A stretch of DNA of 64,000 nucleotides from Thermoanaerobaculia bacterium (GTDB lineage: Bacteria; Acidobacteriota; Thermoanaerobaculia; Multivoradales; UBA5704): contig DASVEF010000255.1 of NCBI GenBank assembly GCA_036380715.1, positions 6,535-70,534 of the forward strand, read 5' to 3'. The notes beneath the pieces were generated by a model. That model did no database searches. It was not told the origin of the DNA and worked only from the letters and a program-made list of their open reading frames with translations. Every line of letters starts with the position of its first letter. The stretch's first letter is position 1. This document shows positions 36,932 to 46,090 of this stretch, piece by piece. Position numbers and translations under genes: made by a program.

Positions 36932-37804
36932 GTGCGCACGATCTTCCACATCTCGGACGTCCACTTCGGGCCTCCTCACCTGCCGCAAGTGTCGCAGGGG
37001 GTGCTGGACTTCATCGAGCGCCAGCGGCCCGACCTCGTCGTGATCTCGGGCGACCTGACGCAGCGCGCCATGCCGGAGCAGTTCCGCGAGGCGCGCGCGT
37101 TCGTCGACCGCATCGCGGTGCCGAGCCTGGTGGTGCCCGGCAACCACGACGTCCCTCTCTACCGGGTCTGGGAGCGGCTCTTCGACCCCTACGGCGCGTA
37201 CCGGAAATACTTCAGCCCGGAGCTGGAGCCGATCTACCGCGACGAGGAGATGCTGGTGGTCGGCATCAACACCGCGTTCGGCTGGACGATCAAGGACGGC
37301 CGCATCAAGCTGCGGCGCCTCCTGGAGGTGGCCGAGCTTTTCGAGCAGGCGCCCGAGTCGCTCTTCAAGGTCGTGGTCGCCCACCATCACACGATTCCGC
37401 CGCCCAACTTCGGCAGCCAGCGGGTGCTCGGCAATGCCTACGAGGCGATCGACCTCTTCTCCAGCGCCGGGGTGGACCTGATCCTCTCCGGCCACCTGCA
37501 CCAGGCCTACATCGGCAACTCCGAGGAGTTCTATCCCAAGGGGCGTCCGCCGGTGGTCATCCTGCACTCGGGCACGACGACCTCGAACCGCGGGCGCGGC
37601 GGCGAGCGCGAGCGGAACACCTGCAACTGGATCCGGGTGGATCAGGACTCGATGATCGTCTCCCACTACCGCTGGCATCACAGCCTCAACCGTTTCGCCG
37701 AGCACAGCCGCCACTGGTACCCCCGCCAGGAGCGCTCCCCCTACACGCTCGAAGGGCTCACGGTGGACGACCCGGTCCCGGTGCCCGTGCCGGAAGCGAC
37801 GTAG
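36932..37804 (+). CDS. Metallophosphoesterase
   Basis: Calcineurin-like phosphoesterase blocks ISDVHFG, VISGDLTQ, VPGNHD and VVAHH. Confidence 0.9.
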   Translation: MRTIFHISDVHFGPPHLPQVSQGVLDFIERQRPDLVVISGDLTQRAMPEQFREARAFVDRIAVPSLVVPGNHDVPLYRVWERLFDPYGAYRKYFSPELEPIYRDEEMLVVGINTAFGWTIKDGRIKLRRLLEVAELFEQAPESLFKVVVAHHHTIPPPNFGSQRVLGNAYEAIDLFSSAGVDLILSGHLHQAYIGNSEEFYPKGRPPVVILHSGTTTSNRGRGGERERNTCNWIRVDQDSMIVSHYRWHHSLNRFAEHSRHWYPRQERSPYTLEGLTVDDPVPVPVPEAT

Positions 37805-37848
37805 TCCCTGCGATATGATCCAGGCTTCGAGCCTGGGGAGGTGTGACG

Positions 37849-38124
37849 ATGGCTGACAACACGTCTGGCAACTGGGAAACCGCGAGGATCGTCAACAGTG
37901 AGGAGGACGCCGCTCTGGTGGTGGGCTTCCTGAACAGCAACGGCATCGACGCCGAGGTGGAGTCGCTGCACGCCAGCGAGTTCCCGACCGATGTCGGGCG
38001 GCTGTCGGAGGTGCGGATCAAGGTCCCCGCCGACCGGCTGCAGGAGGCGGTCCTGCTCCTGGAGCAGAGCGACAACGACGCTGACGCGGCCGTGGCGGAC
38101 GAGGGGGAGCCGGAGACCCGGTGA
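37849..38124 (+). CDS. DUF2007-like small protein (putative signal-transducing protein)
   Basis: GGAGG lies 7 nt before the ATG at 37849. ARIVNSEEDAALVVGFLNSNGIDAEVES is the DUF2007 pattern. The stop overlaps the kinase start (GTGA). Confidence 0.7.
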   Translation: MADNTSGNWETARIVNSEEDAALVVGFLNSNGIDAEVESLHASEFPTDVGRLSEVRIKVPADRLQEAVLLLEQSDNDADAAVADEGEPETR

Positions 38125-40211
38125 GCGAGCCCGAGAGCGGCCGCAGCGTCGGGCGCTACCGCATCCTGGACTTCATCGGCGCCGGGGCGATGGGGGAGGT
38201 CTATCTCGCCGAGGACCCCCAGATTGAGCGCAAGCTGGCCATCAAGACGGTCCGCCTGGCCGGGCGTCCGCAGGAGGTCGAGGACCGCAAGCGCCGTCTC
38301 CTGCGCGAGGCGCGGGCCGCGGGCCGGCTGCTCCACCCGAACATCGTGACGCTGTTCGACGCCGGGGAGCAGGAGGGGCTCCTCTTCCTGGCCTTCGAGT
38401 ACGTCGAGGGGACGGACCTCGCGTCGCGGCTGGAGAACGGCTCTCCCCTGAGCCTGCGCGATGTGCTGCGCATCCTCCGCCAGGCGGCGGACGCCCTCGA
38501 CTACGCGCACCGCCAGGAGATCGTCCACCGCGACATCAAGCCGAGCAACATCCTGCTCGACAAGGCCGGCCGGGTGAAGGTCGCCGACTTCGGCATCGCC
38601 AAGATGGCGGGGCAGAGCACGGAGCTGACCGTGGCCGGCTCGGTCATGGGGAGCCCGCAGTACCTGTCGCCGGAGCAGATCCGCGGCGAGGAGCTGGACG
38701 GCCGGAGCGACATCTTCTCGCTCGGCGTCGTGCTCTACGAGCTGCTGTCCAAGAGGCGGCCGTTCGACGGCGAGACGATCACCACGCTGGTCTACCAGAT
38801 CCTGCACCAGGAGCCGCCGCCGATCTCGGATCTGCGCCAGGTGCCCGAGCGCCTGGAGGTCTTGCTGCGCCGCATGCTGGCCAAGGACCGCAACGAGCGC
38901 TTCGCCGTGGCGGGCGAGGTCGCCGCGGAGATCGCCGCGATCGAGCGCGAGCTGTCCGACGAGACGCTGTCGGCGCCGGCCTCGGAGCTCCCCATGCAGG
39001 AGACGCGGGTGCTGCCGCGGCACACCGGGGAGCCCATCCCCCCGGCCCCGGCTCTGGCGCGGGCCCCTGCTCCAGCCGCCCCGCCGACCGCTCCCGCGGC
39101 GAGCCCCCGCCCCGCGTCGGTCGCCGCGACGGCGAACGACCGGAGCGCGCGTCTCATCGTGGTGATCGCGCTCGTGGTGGCCGTGCTGGCCGTGGCCGCC
39201 GCCGCGGGCTGGTTCTTCTTCCTGCGCAAGCCCGCGGGCTCGGACGTGGCGCAGGCTCCTGCGCCGGCCGGCCCGGACCAGACGGCGTCCGCGTCCGAGC
39301 GTGGCAGCCTGGAGCCCGCGAGCCCGGCGCTCCCTTCCGCGGAGGAGCCGGACGCCGCTCCGCAGGATTCTCCGGTCACCCGCCAGCCAGTCCTGGAGCC
39401 CTCGCCTTCTCCGGCGGCGCCCCAATCTCTGAACAGATCTCCGGAGAGGTCTCCGGAGACGACCGAGCCGCAGCGCGAGCCGATCGCGGAGCCCCAGACT
39501 CCACCGCGGCCGCGAGACCTCCAGCCGGTCATCCCGCCGCCGGCCGCCTCGCCCGAGCCGCAGCCCGGCGGCAGGAGCGAGCCGGCCACTCCGGTCGTGG
39601 AGGAACGCGCCGAGGAGGCTTCTCCCACGGCGCCGAGCCCCCGGTCTGACGCCCCGCCGCAGGCGGACATGGTGCTGAAGAGCGGCCTGGAGCTCGCCTT
39701 CCGGACCACGCCGGCCGACGCCTTCGTGCTGGTCGACGGCACCAACATCGGCCGGGCTTCGGAGTGGAGCGGACAGAAGGGGGGGCGGACGTACACGCTC
39801 GACGGTCCCGGCGAGTATCTGATCAAGATCCGCAGCGCGGGCATGAAGGAGCACAGGATACTCGTGCAGGCGAGCGAGACCCGGGGCGTCACGCCCGTCC
39901 TCACCCGTCTCCAGCCGCTGGCGGGCGAGGAGGCGGAGACTTCGGACCTCCGGGTGATCCGGGTGCGCGAGGCGGTGGGTTTCCGGGTGGAGCCGCCGGC
40001 CGCCGGCATCCTCGTCGACGGCCAGCCCGTGGGGCTCGCGAAGCGGTACCCGGGGCGGCTGGGCATGCCGGGCACCTGGCTGCGCCTGCCGCTGGGCCGT
40101 CACCGCATCAGCGTGGTCGCGCCGGGGCTCGGCCGGCAGGACTTCGTCGTGGAGGTCACGGCGGGCGCCGAGAAGGAACGCGACCGGATCGAGGTGGACC
40201 TGAAGCCGTAG
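38121..40211 (+). CDS. Ser/Thr protein kinase with TM segment and C-terminal PEGA-like domains
   Basis: Hanks kinase motifs GAGAMGEVYLA, AIK, HRDIKPSNILLD, DFGIAK and SPEQ. A Pro-rich linker and a TM helix (LIVVIALVVAVLAVAAAAGWFFF) follow. The C-terminal modules TPADAFVLVDGTNIGRA and PPAAGILVDGQPVGLA look PEGA-like. Confidence 0.9.
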   Translation: MSEPESGRSVGRYRILDFIGAGAMGEVYLAEDPQIERKLAIKTVRLAGRPQEVEDRKRRLLREARAAGRLLHPNIVTLFDAGEQEGLLFLAFEYVEGTDLASRLENGSPLSLRDVLRILRQAADALDYAHRQEIVHRDIKPSNILLDKAGRVKVADFGIAKMAGQSTELTVAGSVMGSPQYLSPEQIRGEELDGRSDIFSLGVVLYELLSKRRPFDGETITTLVYQILHQEPPPISDLRQVPERLEVLLRRMLAKDRNERFAVAGEVAAEIAAIERELSDETLSAPASELPMQETRVLPRHTGEPIPPAPALARAPAPAAPPTAPAASPRPASVAATANDRSARLIVVIALVVAVLAVAAAAGWFFFLRKPAGSDVAQAPAPAGPDQTASASERGSLEPASPALPSAEEPDAAPQDSPVTRQPVLEPSPSPAAPQSLNRSPERSPETTEPQREPIAEPQTPPRPRDLQPVIPPPAASPEPQPGGRSEPATPVVEERAEEASPTAPSPRSDAPPQADMVLKSGLELAFRTTPADAFVLVDGTNIGRASEWSGQKGGRTYTLDGPGEYLIKIRSAGMKEHRILVQASETRGVTPVLTRLQPLAGEEAETSDLRVIRVREAVGFRVEPPAAGILVDGQPVGLAKRYPGRLGMPGTWLRLPLGRHRISVVAPGLGRQDFVVEVTAGAEKERDRIEVDLKP

Positions 40212-40219
40212 GGGGGCCG

Positions 40220-41533
40220 ATGAGACGGAGCTGGAAAGGAGCGCGATTTCACACGGTGGCGGAGGCGCTGGAGGTCCCGGCGGTCCTCCCGGGCACGCCG
40301 CGCCTGGAGCGCCTGGACAATGGCCTGACCGTCTGCCTGCTGGAGAACCGGCAGGCGCCGATCGTCACCTCCGCCCTGTTCTACCGCGCCGGCACGCGCG
40401 ACGAGGCGCCCGGGCACGGCGGCACGGCGCACTTCCTCGAGCACATGATGTTCAAGGGGTCCGCCCACTTCGGCCCCGGCGAGATCGATCGCCGGACGCA
40501 GGCGCTCGGCGGCGTCAACAACGCTTTCACGAGCCACGACGCCACCGCCTATTACTTCAATTTCGCCGCCGACCGCTGGACCGAGGCGCTGACCATCGAG
40601 GCCGATCGCATGGCCGCCCTCACGCTCGACCCTGAGCAGGTGACGAGCGAGCGCCAGGTCATCCTGGAAGAGATCGCGATGTATGAGAGCGAGCCATGGG
40701 ATGCCCTGGAGATGGAGGTGCAGGCGAACCTCTTCCGGAGCCATCCCTACGGTCTTCCGGTGCTCGGCACCCGCGAGGATCTGGTGGCCACCGGCCCGGA
40801 GGATCTGCGCACCTTCCATCGCCGCCTCTACCGGCCGGACAACGCCCTGCTGATCGTAGTGGGCGACCTGGACGGCGGCGCGCTGGACGCGGTCGACCGC
40901 ACCCTGGGGAGGCTGCCGTCCGGAGCGGAGAGGCGCAACGGCTCCACGCCGCCGCCCTCCCTGCCCGAATCGTTGTTGAGGATCGAGCGGCGGAAGGGAG
41001 AGGTGGCGCGGCTGATGCTCGCGCTGCCGGCTCCGGCGGGCTCTCACCCCGATCATCCGGCGCTGCGCCTGGTCACCATCCTGCTCGCCGGCGGGCGGAC
41101 CAGCCGGCTCCACCGCGCCCTGGTCGACGAGGGGCAGCTCTGCTCCTGGATCTCGGCGGACCTCTCGGAGAGCATGGACGCCAGCCAGGTGACGATCGCG
41201 GCCGAGGTCGTTCCGGGTATCGAGCCCGCCCGGGTGGAGGCCGAGGTGCTGCGCGTGCTGGACGACTTCCTCCGCGATCCCCCTTGCGAGGAGGAGATCG
41301 ACCGCGCCAAGCAGATCGCGACCGCCGACTGGGTCTTCGGCCACGAGCGCATGCACCAGCAGGCGATCTCGGTCGGCATGGCCATGACCCTCTTCGACCT
41401 CGACCACCTGGACCGCCACCTGCGCGGGCTTCTCGCGACCGGACGGGAGCGCATGCAGGAGGCCGCCTCGCGTTACCTCCGGCCCGAGCGGGGCGCCGTG
41501 CTCGGCTGGTCGCTGCCACGGGCGGAATCGTGA
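40220..41533 (+). CDS. M16-family zinc peptidase (active subunit)
   Basis: ORF trimmed to the ATG at 40220. The inverted zinc motif HFLEHMMFKG (HxxEH) is present, plus NAFTSHDATAYY. Confidence 0.9.
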   Translation: MRRSWKGARFHTVAEALEVPAVLPGTPRLERLDNGLTVCLLENRQAPIVTSALFYRAGTRDEAPGHGGTAHFLEHMMFKGSAHFGPGEIDRRTQALGGVNNAFTSHDATAYYFNFAADRWTEALTIEADRMAALTLDPEQVTSERQVILEEIAMYESEPWDALEMEVQANLFRSHPYGLPVLGTREDLVATGPEDLRTFHRRLYRPDNALLIVVGDLDGGALDAVDRTLGRLPSGAERRNGSTPPPSLPESLLRIERRKGEVARLMLALPAPAGSHPDHPALRLVTILLAGGRTSRLHRALVDEGQLCSWISADLSESMDASQVTIAAEVVPGIEPARVEAEVLRVLDDFLRDPPCEEEIDRAKQIATADWVFGHERMHQQAISVGMAMTLFDLDHLDRHLRGLLATGRERMQEAASRYLRPERGAVLGWSLPRAES

Positions 41534-42717
41534 CCGACGAGCAGATCCGTCACTGGCGGCGGGACACGCCCGGCTGCGCGGGGCGGGTGCACCTGAACAA
41601 CGCCGGCGCCTCCCTGATGCCACGGCCGGTGCTGGAGGCGATCCATCGCCATATCGACCTCGAAGCCGAGATCGGGGGATACGAGTCCGAGGACGCGGTC
41701 GCGGACCGGATCCGGACGACCTACGAGCACGTCGGCCGGCTCTTCGAGACCGGGCCGGAGAACGTCGCCCTGGTCGAGAACGCCACGGTCGCCGTGTCCC
41801 AGGCCCTGGCGGCGTTCGATTTTCAGCGCGGCGACGTGCTGGTGACCACCCAGAACGACTACACCTCGAACCAGCTCATGTATCTGTCCATGGCCCGGCG
41901 CCTCGGGATCGAGGTGCTGCGCGCCGACGACCTGCCCGAGGGGGGCGTCGATCCCGACTCGGTGCGGCGGCTGGCCGCGCACCCGCGCTGCCGCCTGGTG
42001 GCGCTGACCTGGGTGCCGACCAACTCCGGCCTGGTGCAGAGGGCCGAGGAGGTGGGGGAGGTCTGCGAGGAGGCCGGGGTCCCGTACCTGGTGGACGCCT
42101 GCCAGACCCTCGGGCAGCTCCCGGTCGATGTCGCGCGTCTGCGCTGTGACTTCCTGGCTGGGACCGCGCGCAAATTCCTGCGCGGGCCGCGCGGCATCGG
42201 CTTCCTCTACGTTTCCGACCGCATGCTGGCCCACGATGTCTACCCGCTGTTCGTCGATATGCGCGGCGCCGGCCTGCGCGATCCCGGCAGCTTCGAGCTG
42301 GCGCCCGGCGCGCGCCGTTTCGAGAACTGGGAGTTCAACTACGCCCTGGTGCTCGGCCTGGGCGAGGCGGCGCGCTATGCCGAAGAGGTGGGGATCGAGC
42401 GGGGTGGACGGCGGGCCATGGAGCTGGCGGCCTACGCCCGGGAGAAGCTGGCGGCCGTCCCGGGCCTGCGGATCGCGGACCGCGGCGAGCGCCTCTGCGC
42501 CCTCGTGACCTTGGAGGTCGAAGGCCAGGACGCCCGCGAGGTCGTCCGCCGCCTTCGCGCCGCCCGGGTCAACACCAGCGCGGCGCTCAGCGGCAAGGGG
42601 CCGTTCAACGCGCCCGGCGCCGCGACGCCGATCCTCCGGATCTCGCCTCACTACTACAACACCCGCGAGGAGATCGACACGGCCGTGGCCGCCCTGGAGG
42701 AGCTCCCGCGTGACTGA
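41530..42717 (+). CDS. Class V aminotransferase / cysteine-desulfurase-like PLP enzyme
   Basis: GTG 41530 overlaps the M16 stop (GTGA). Blocks are VHLNNAGASLMP, YLVDACQTLGQLPVDV and a PLP-lysine context (GTARKFLRGPRGIGFLYV). Confidence 0.85.
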   Translation: MTDEQIRHWRRDTPGCAGRVHLNNAGASLMPRPVLEAIHRHIDLEAEIGGYESEDAVADRIRTTYEHVGRLFETGPENVALVENATVAVSQALAAFDFQRGDVLVTTQNDYTSNQLMYLSMARRLGIEVLRADDLPEGGVDPDSVRRLAAHPRCRLVALTWVPTNSGLVQRAEEVGEVCEEAGVPYLVDACQTLGQLPVDVARLRCDFLAGTARKFLRGPRGIGFLYVSDRMLAHDVYPLFVDMRGAGLRDPGSFELAPGARRFENWEFNYALVLGLGEAARYAEEVGIERGGRRAMELAAYAREKLAAVPGLRIADRGERLCALVTLEVEGQDAREVVRRLRAARVNTSAALSGKGPFNAPGAATPILRISPHYYNTREEIDTAVAALEELPRD

Positions 42718-43927
42718 GAGGCTGACCGTCCGCGTGCGGCGGGTCGAAGGCGCGCCGGTGGTGGCCGTGCGCCTCTGGTCGTGCGCCGGCGCCCGGGTGG
42801 AAGAGGTTCCCGGACAGGCCCTGCTGACCGGCCGCATGCTCACCGAGGGGACCCGGGGGCGCGACTGGAAGCGGATCGCCGACGAGGCGGAGAGCAAGGG
42901 GATGGCCCTCTCCAGCTTCGGCACCTTCGAGTCCCACGGTGTGGCCATCGACGCCCTGTCCCGCGACTGGGAGCAGGCGCTCGACTGGGTGGCCGAGCTG
43001 CTGCTGGAGCCGTCGTTCCCCGAGGACCGCTGCGCCTGGCTGGCCACGCAGGCCGCCGCGGAGCTGGAGAGCCTGGCCGACCAACCGGAGGTCAAGACCG
43101 CCTGGGGATTCCTGGAGCAGCTCTACGCTCCGCACCCGCGGAGCCGGCCGCTCCACGGCAGCCTCGAGAGCCTGACGAGTCTCACCCCTGAAGACTGTGC
43201 CCGGTTCCACCGCGCCTCCCTGTCACACGGCGTCCTGGTGGGGGTGGCGGGCGTGGTGGACGAGGATGCGGTGCGCGCGCGGCTGGAGAGGTTGCTGTCC
43301 GGCCTGCCGGAAGCCGCCGGGCCAGCCCCGGAGCCCCCGCCGCCAAAGGGCTCCGGCGAGCGGCGCGAGGTCGCGACCGACGCCGAGGACCAGGCCCATC
43401 TCTATATCGGCCACCTCACCGTGCCGCGCCGGCATCCGGACTACACGGCCCTGGAGGTGGTGGCGGTGATCCTGGGATCGGGCGCCGGGTTGACCGGCCG
43501 CATCCCGGCGCGCATCCGCGAGCAGGAGGGGCTCGCCTACAGCACGAACGCCCAGACCATCGCGGGCGCCGGCCTCGATCCCGGCCGCCTGGTGGCCTAC
43601 GTCGGCACCTCGCCGATGACGGTGGGCAAGGCCGAGACCGGAGTGATCGAAGAGATTGCCCGCCTCGTGAAGGACGGAGTCGAGGACGCGGAGCTGGAGG
43701 AGGCGCGCGCCTACCTCCTGGGCCGCGAGCCTTTCCGCCGCGAGACCGCCCGCCAGTGGGCCGACATCCTCACCGAGGCCATTCACTACGATCTCCCGCT
43801 GGACGATCCCGAGCTGCGCAAGCGCGAGCTCGAAGCCCTCGACCGCGCCACGATTGAGAGGGTCATCCGCGAGCATATCCGGCCGGAGGCGCTGCGAGTC
43901 ACGGTCGGGTTGCCCCTCACCCCCTGA
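42710..43927 (+). CDS. M16-family peptidase, non-catalytic partner subunit (no HxxEH)
   Basis: The M16 fold pattern is present (GMALSSFGTFESHGVAIDALS, YLLGREPFRRET) but the zinc motif is absent. The start overlaps the aminotransferase by 8 nt. The last codons and the TGA come from REP copy R4. Confidence 0.85.
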   Translation: MTERLTVRVRRVEGAPVVAVRLWSCAGARVEEVPGQALLTGRMLTEGTRGRDWKRIADEAESKGMALSSFGTFESHGVAIDALSRDWEQALDWVAELLLEPSFPEDRCAWLATQAAAELESLADQPEVKTAWGFLEQLYAPHPRSRPLHGSLESLTSLTPEDCARFHRASLSHGVLVGVAGVVDEDAVRARLERLLSGLPEAAGPAPEPPPPKGSGERREVATDAEDQAHLYIGHLTVPRRHPDYTALEVVAVILGSGAGLTGRIPARIREQEGLAYSTNAQTIAGAGLDPGRLVAYVGTSPMTVGKAETGVIEEIARLVKDGVEDAELEEARAYLLGREPFRRETARQWADILTEAIHYDLPLDDPELRKRELEALDRATIERVIREHIRPEALRVTVGLPLTP

Positions 43928-44069
43928 CCCCCTCTCCCATCGCCCCCCTGCCCCCGGGAGAGGGGGAGCTCAGCAGGAAAGACAAAGCCCTTATCTCAGA
44001 CCTTCGCAGGCGTTCCCCCTCTCCCGGTTGGGTGGGACGGGGTGGGAGAGGGGGGCAGGGGGTGAGGGG
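43913..44069. repeat. REP-like composite palindromic element, long form (copy R4)
   Basis: CCCCTCACCCCCTGACCCCCTCTCCC...GGGAGAGGGGGA, a 47-nt spacer, then CCCCCTCTCCCGG...GGGAGAGGGGGGCAGGGGGTGAGGGG. It overlaps the 3' ends of both convergent genes (stops at 43927 and 43996). Confidence 0.8.
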
Positions 44070-45189
44070 TCGCCTCGATCAGCACGTTCGAATACGGCGT
44101 CCCCTCCGCCATGGGCGCCGAGGCGATCTCGAACCCGAGCCCTTCGAGCAGCCGGCCCCACTGCTCGCGGCTGCGGTAGTGGAAGCGCTGCCGCCAGTGC
44201 CGGCGGGCGAGCGCGCAGAGCCTCTCCTGGATACGCGTCGCCAGGAAGCGCCAGCCGCCGGCCGCGTCGGCGTCGCGGATCAGGAGCAGGCCGCCGGGCG
44301 GGAGGGCGCGGGCGATGCGGGCGAGGAGGTTCTCCTGATCCCGGGCCGGCAGGTAGTGGAGGACGTCCAGGAGGAGGATCGCGTCGGCTTCGGGGATCTC
44401 GGCGGTGCGCAGATCGGCGACCTCGATCCTCGCCTCGGCGCCGAGCGCCTGCCTCGCGACCTCGGCCGGCTTCGTTCCGCCTTCCATCCCGGATAGATCG
44501 AGGCGGGGAGGTGTTGACCAACCAGCGGGCCAACCGGCGGGCCAGACGCCTTGTCCGGCCTGCTCGCGGGCGGTGAGGAGGAGGGACAGCACGATCCCCC
44601 GGCCGCAGCCGAGGTCGAGGAGCCTCCCCTCGGCGGGCAGGACCCCCTGCCGCAGCAGGTGGAAGTAGACCGGGTCGTAGCGCAGCTTGGCGCGGACGAA
44701 CTCCCAATGGAACATGCCCGCCGCAAGGTAGCGGTAGGCGGTCTTCTCGATCAGCGCCACGATCTCGGGCTCTTTCTGCCGCCGGCGCGAGATCCAGTAG
44801 GTGGGAAGGGCGAACGCCACCGCGAGCACGGCGCCGACCACGGCGCTGCCGAGCAGGAGGTCGGCCCCGAACTGCCAGGGATCCATCTGCCGCAGGTCCG
44901 CCGGGCGGAGCGACAGCAGATTCTTGCCGCGCAGCAGGCGGCCGACCTGAAGCTCCCCCAGAACCAGGAGCGGCCAGACGCCCGGCAGGCTGATGTGCGC
45001 GGCGAGGTAGGTGAGGATCTGGTTCAGGCGGAAGAGACGGGCGAAGACGATGCAGAGCGCCAGGTGAAGGCCGTAGAAGGGGGAGCAGCCGATGAGCACC
45101 CCGACGCCGACGGCTCCTGCCTGCCGGCCCGGGGACTCCCCCTCGGTGCGGATGCGGTAGAGCAGCTCGCGGAGCTTCTGGAGCTTCAT
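43996..45189 (-). CDS. DUF2062 membrane domain fused to a class I SAM-dependent methyltransferase
   Basis: The N-terminus is GVGVLIGCSPFYGLHLALCIVFARLFRLNQILTYLAAHISLPG (DUF2062). The methyltransferase motif I is LLDLGCGRGIV, followed by ILLLDVLHYL. The last ~24 codons are encoded by REP copy R4. Confidence 0.8.
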   Translation of the reverse strand: MKLQKLRELLYRIRTEGESPGRQAGAVGVGVLIGCSPFYGLHLALCIVFARLFRLNQILTYLAAHISLPGVWPLLVLGELQVGRLLRGKNLLSLRPADLRQMDPWQFGADLLLGSAVVGAVLAVAFALPTYWISRRRQKEPEIVALIEKTAYRYLAAGMFHWEFVRAKLRYDPVYFHLLRQGVLPAEGRLLDLGCGRGIVLSLLLTAREQAGQGVWPAGWPAGWSTPPRLDLSGMEGGTKPAEVARQALGAEARIEVADLRTAEIPEADAILLLDVLHYLPARDQENLLARIARALPPGGLLLIRDADAAGGWRFLATRIQERLCALARRHWRQRFHYRSREQWGRLLEGLGFEIASAPMAEGTPYSNVLIEATPHPLPPSPTPSHPTGRGGTPAKV

Positions 45190-45974
45190 CCGGCGAGCGG
45201 CACCGAGCGGAGCCCGCGGGCGGCCATCGCGTCGAGCACCCGCGGCAGCGCCTCCAGGACGACCGGCCGGCCGTGCCGGTCCCGCGCCACGGAGCCGCCG
45301 TCGTGGAGGAGGAGGACGTCGCCGGCGGCGAGGCCGCGCAGGAGACGCGCCGCCACCTTCTCAGGGTCGCGCTCGACAGTATCGAAGCCGCGCCGGGTCC
45401 ACGCCGCGAGGGTGAGGCCGGCGGACCACAGCTCGCGGTCCAGGAAGAGGTTGCGGAAGCCGGCGGGCGCCCGGAAGAACCCGGGCCGGCGGCCGGTCGC
45501 CCGCTCGACGGCCTCCTGGGTGCGCCGGATCTCCCGGCGTTGCGCGCCGGGCGGATAGCAGGAGAAGGCATGTGGATGCGACCAGGTGTGGTTCTCGACT
45601 TGGTGCCCGCGGCGCGCGATCTCGGCGACGATCTCCGGAGCGGCCTCCACGCGCCGGCCGATGCAGAAGAAGGTCGCCCGCGCTCCGTGCCGGTCGAGCA
45701 GGTCGAGCACGCGGAGGGTGATTTCCGGGTCGGGACCGTCGTCGAACGTCAACGCCACCTCGGCCGCGCTCCCGGGCAGCCGGGTGAGGGTGGGGCCGAG
45801 CAGCCGGCTGCCCGGTGTAAGACCGGCCGCGGCCAGCGCGCAGTGGTTGGCGAACAGGGTGCCGGCGATCCATGGCCACTTCTGCGGCGCCAGGGCGAGG
45901 GCCACGGCGCCGGCCGCGTGCAGGGCGGCGGAGGTGAGAACGAGGGGGGAAGGGCGCCAGTGTGGCCGCTCCAT
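45186..45974 (-). CDS. Polysaccharide deacetylase (NodB homology domain)
   Basis: ALTFDDGPDPE, ATFFCIG and HQVENHTWSHP are NodB motifs. The stop overlaps the downstream start (ATGA-type). Confidence 0.9.
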   Translation of the reverse strand: MERPHWRPSPLVLTSAALHAAGAVALALAPQKWPWIAGTLFANHCALAAAGLTPGSRLLGPTLTRLPGSAAEVALTFDDGPDPEITLRVLDLLDRHGARATFFCIGRRVEAAPEIVAEIARRGHQVENHTWSHPHAFSCYPPGAQRREIRRTQEAVERATGRRPGFFRAPAGFRNLFLDRELWSAGLTLAAWTRRGFDTVERDPEKVAARLLRGLAAGDVLLLHDGGSVARDRHGRPVVLEALPRVLDAMAARGLRSVPLAG

Positions 45975-45978
45975 AGAG

Positions 45979-46086
45979 CCCTCACCCCCTGGCCCCCTCT
46001 CCCGTCACCGGGAGAGGGGGAAATCTGAATGCTTTGGGTGGTGGCGCCCCTCTCCCGGCGACGGGAGAGGGGGCGGGGGTGAGGGG
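45979..46086. repeat. REP-like composite palindromic element (copy R5)
   Basis: It is near-identical in architecture and spacer to R2: CCCTCACCCCCTGGCCCCCTCTCCCGTCACCGGGAGAGGGGGAAATCTGAATGCTTTGGGTGGTGGCGCCCCTCTCCCGGCGACGGGAGAGGGGGCGGGGGTGAGGGG. It lies between co-directional genes. Confidence 0.8.
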
Positions 46087-46090
46087 CCTC

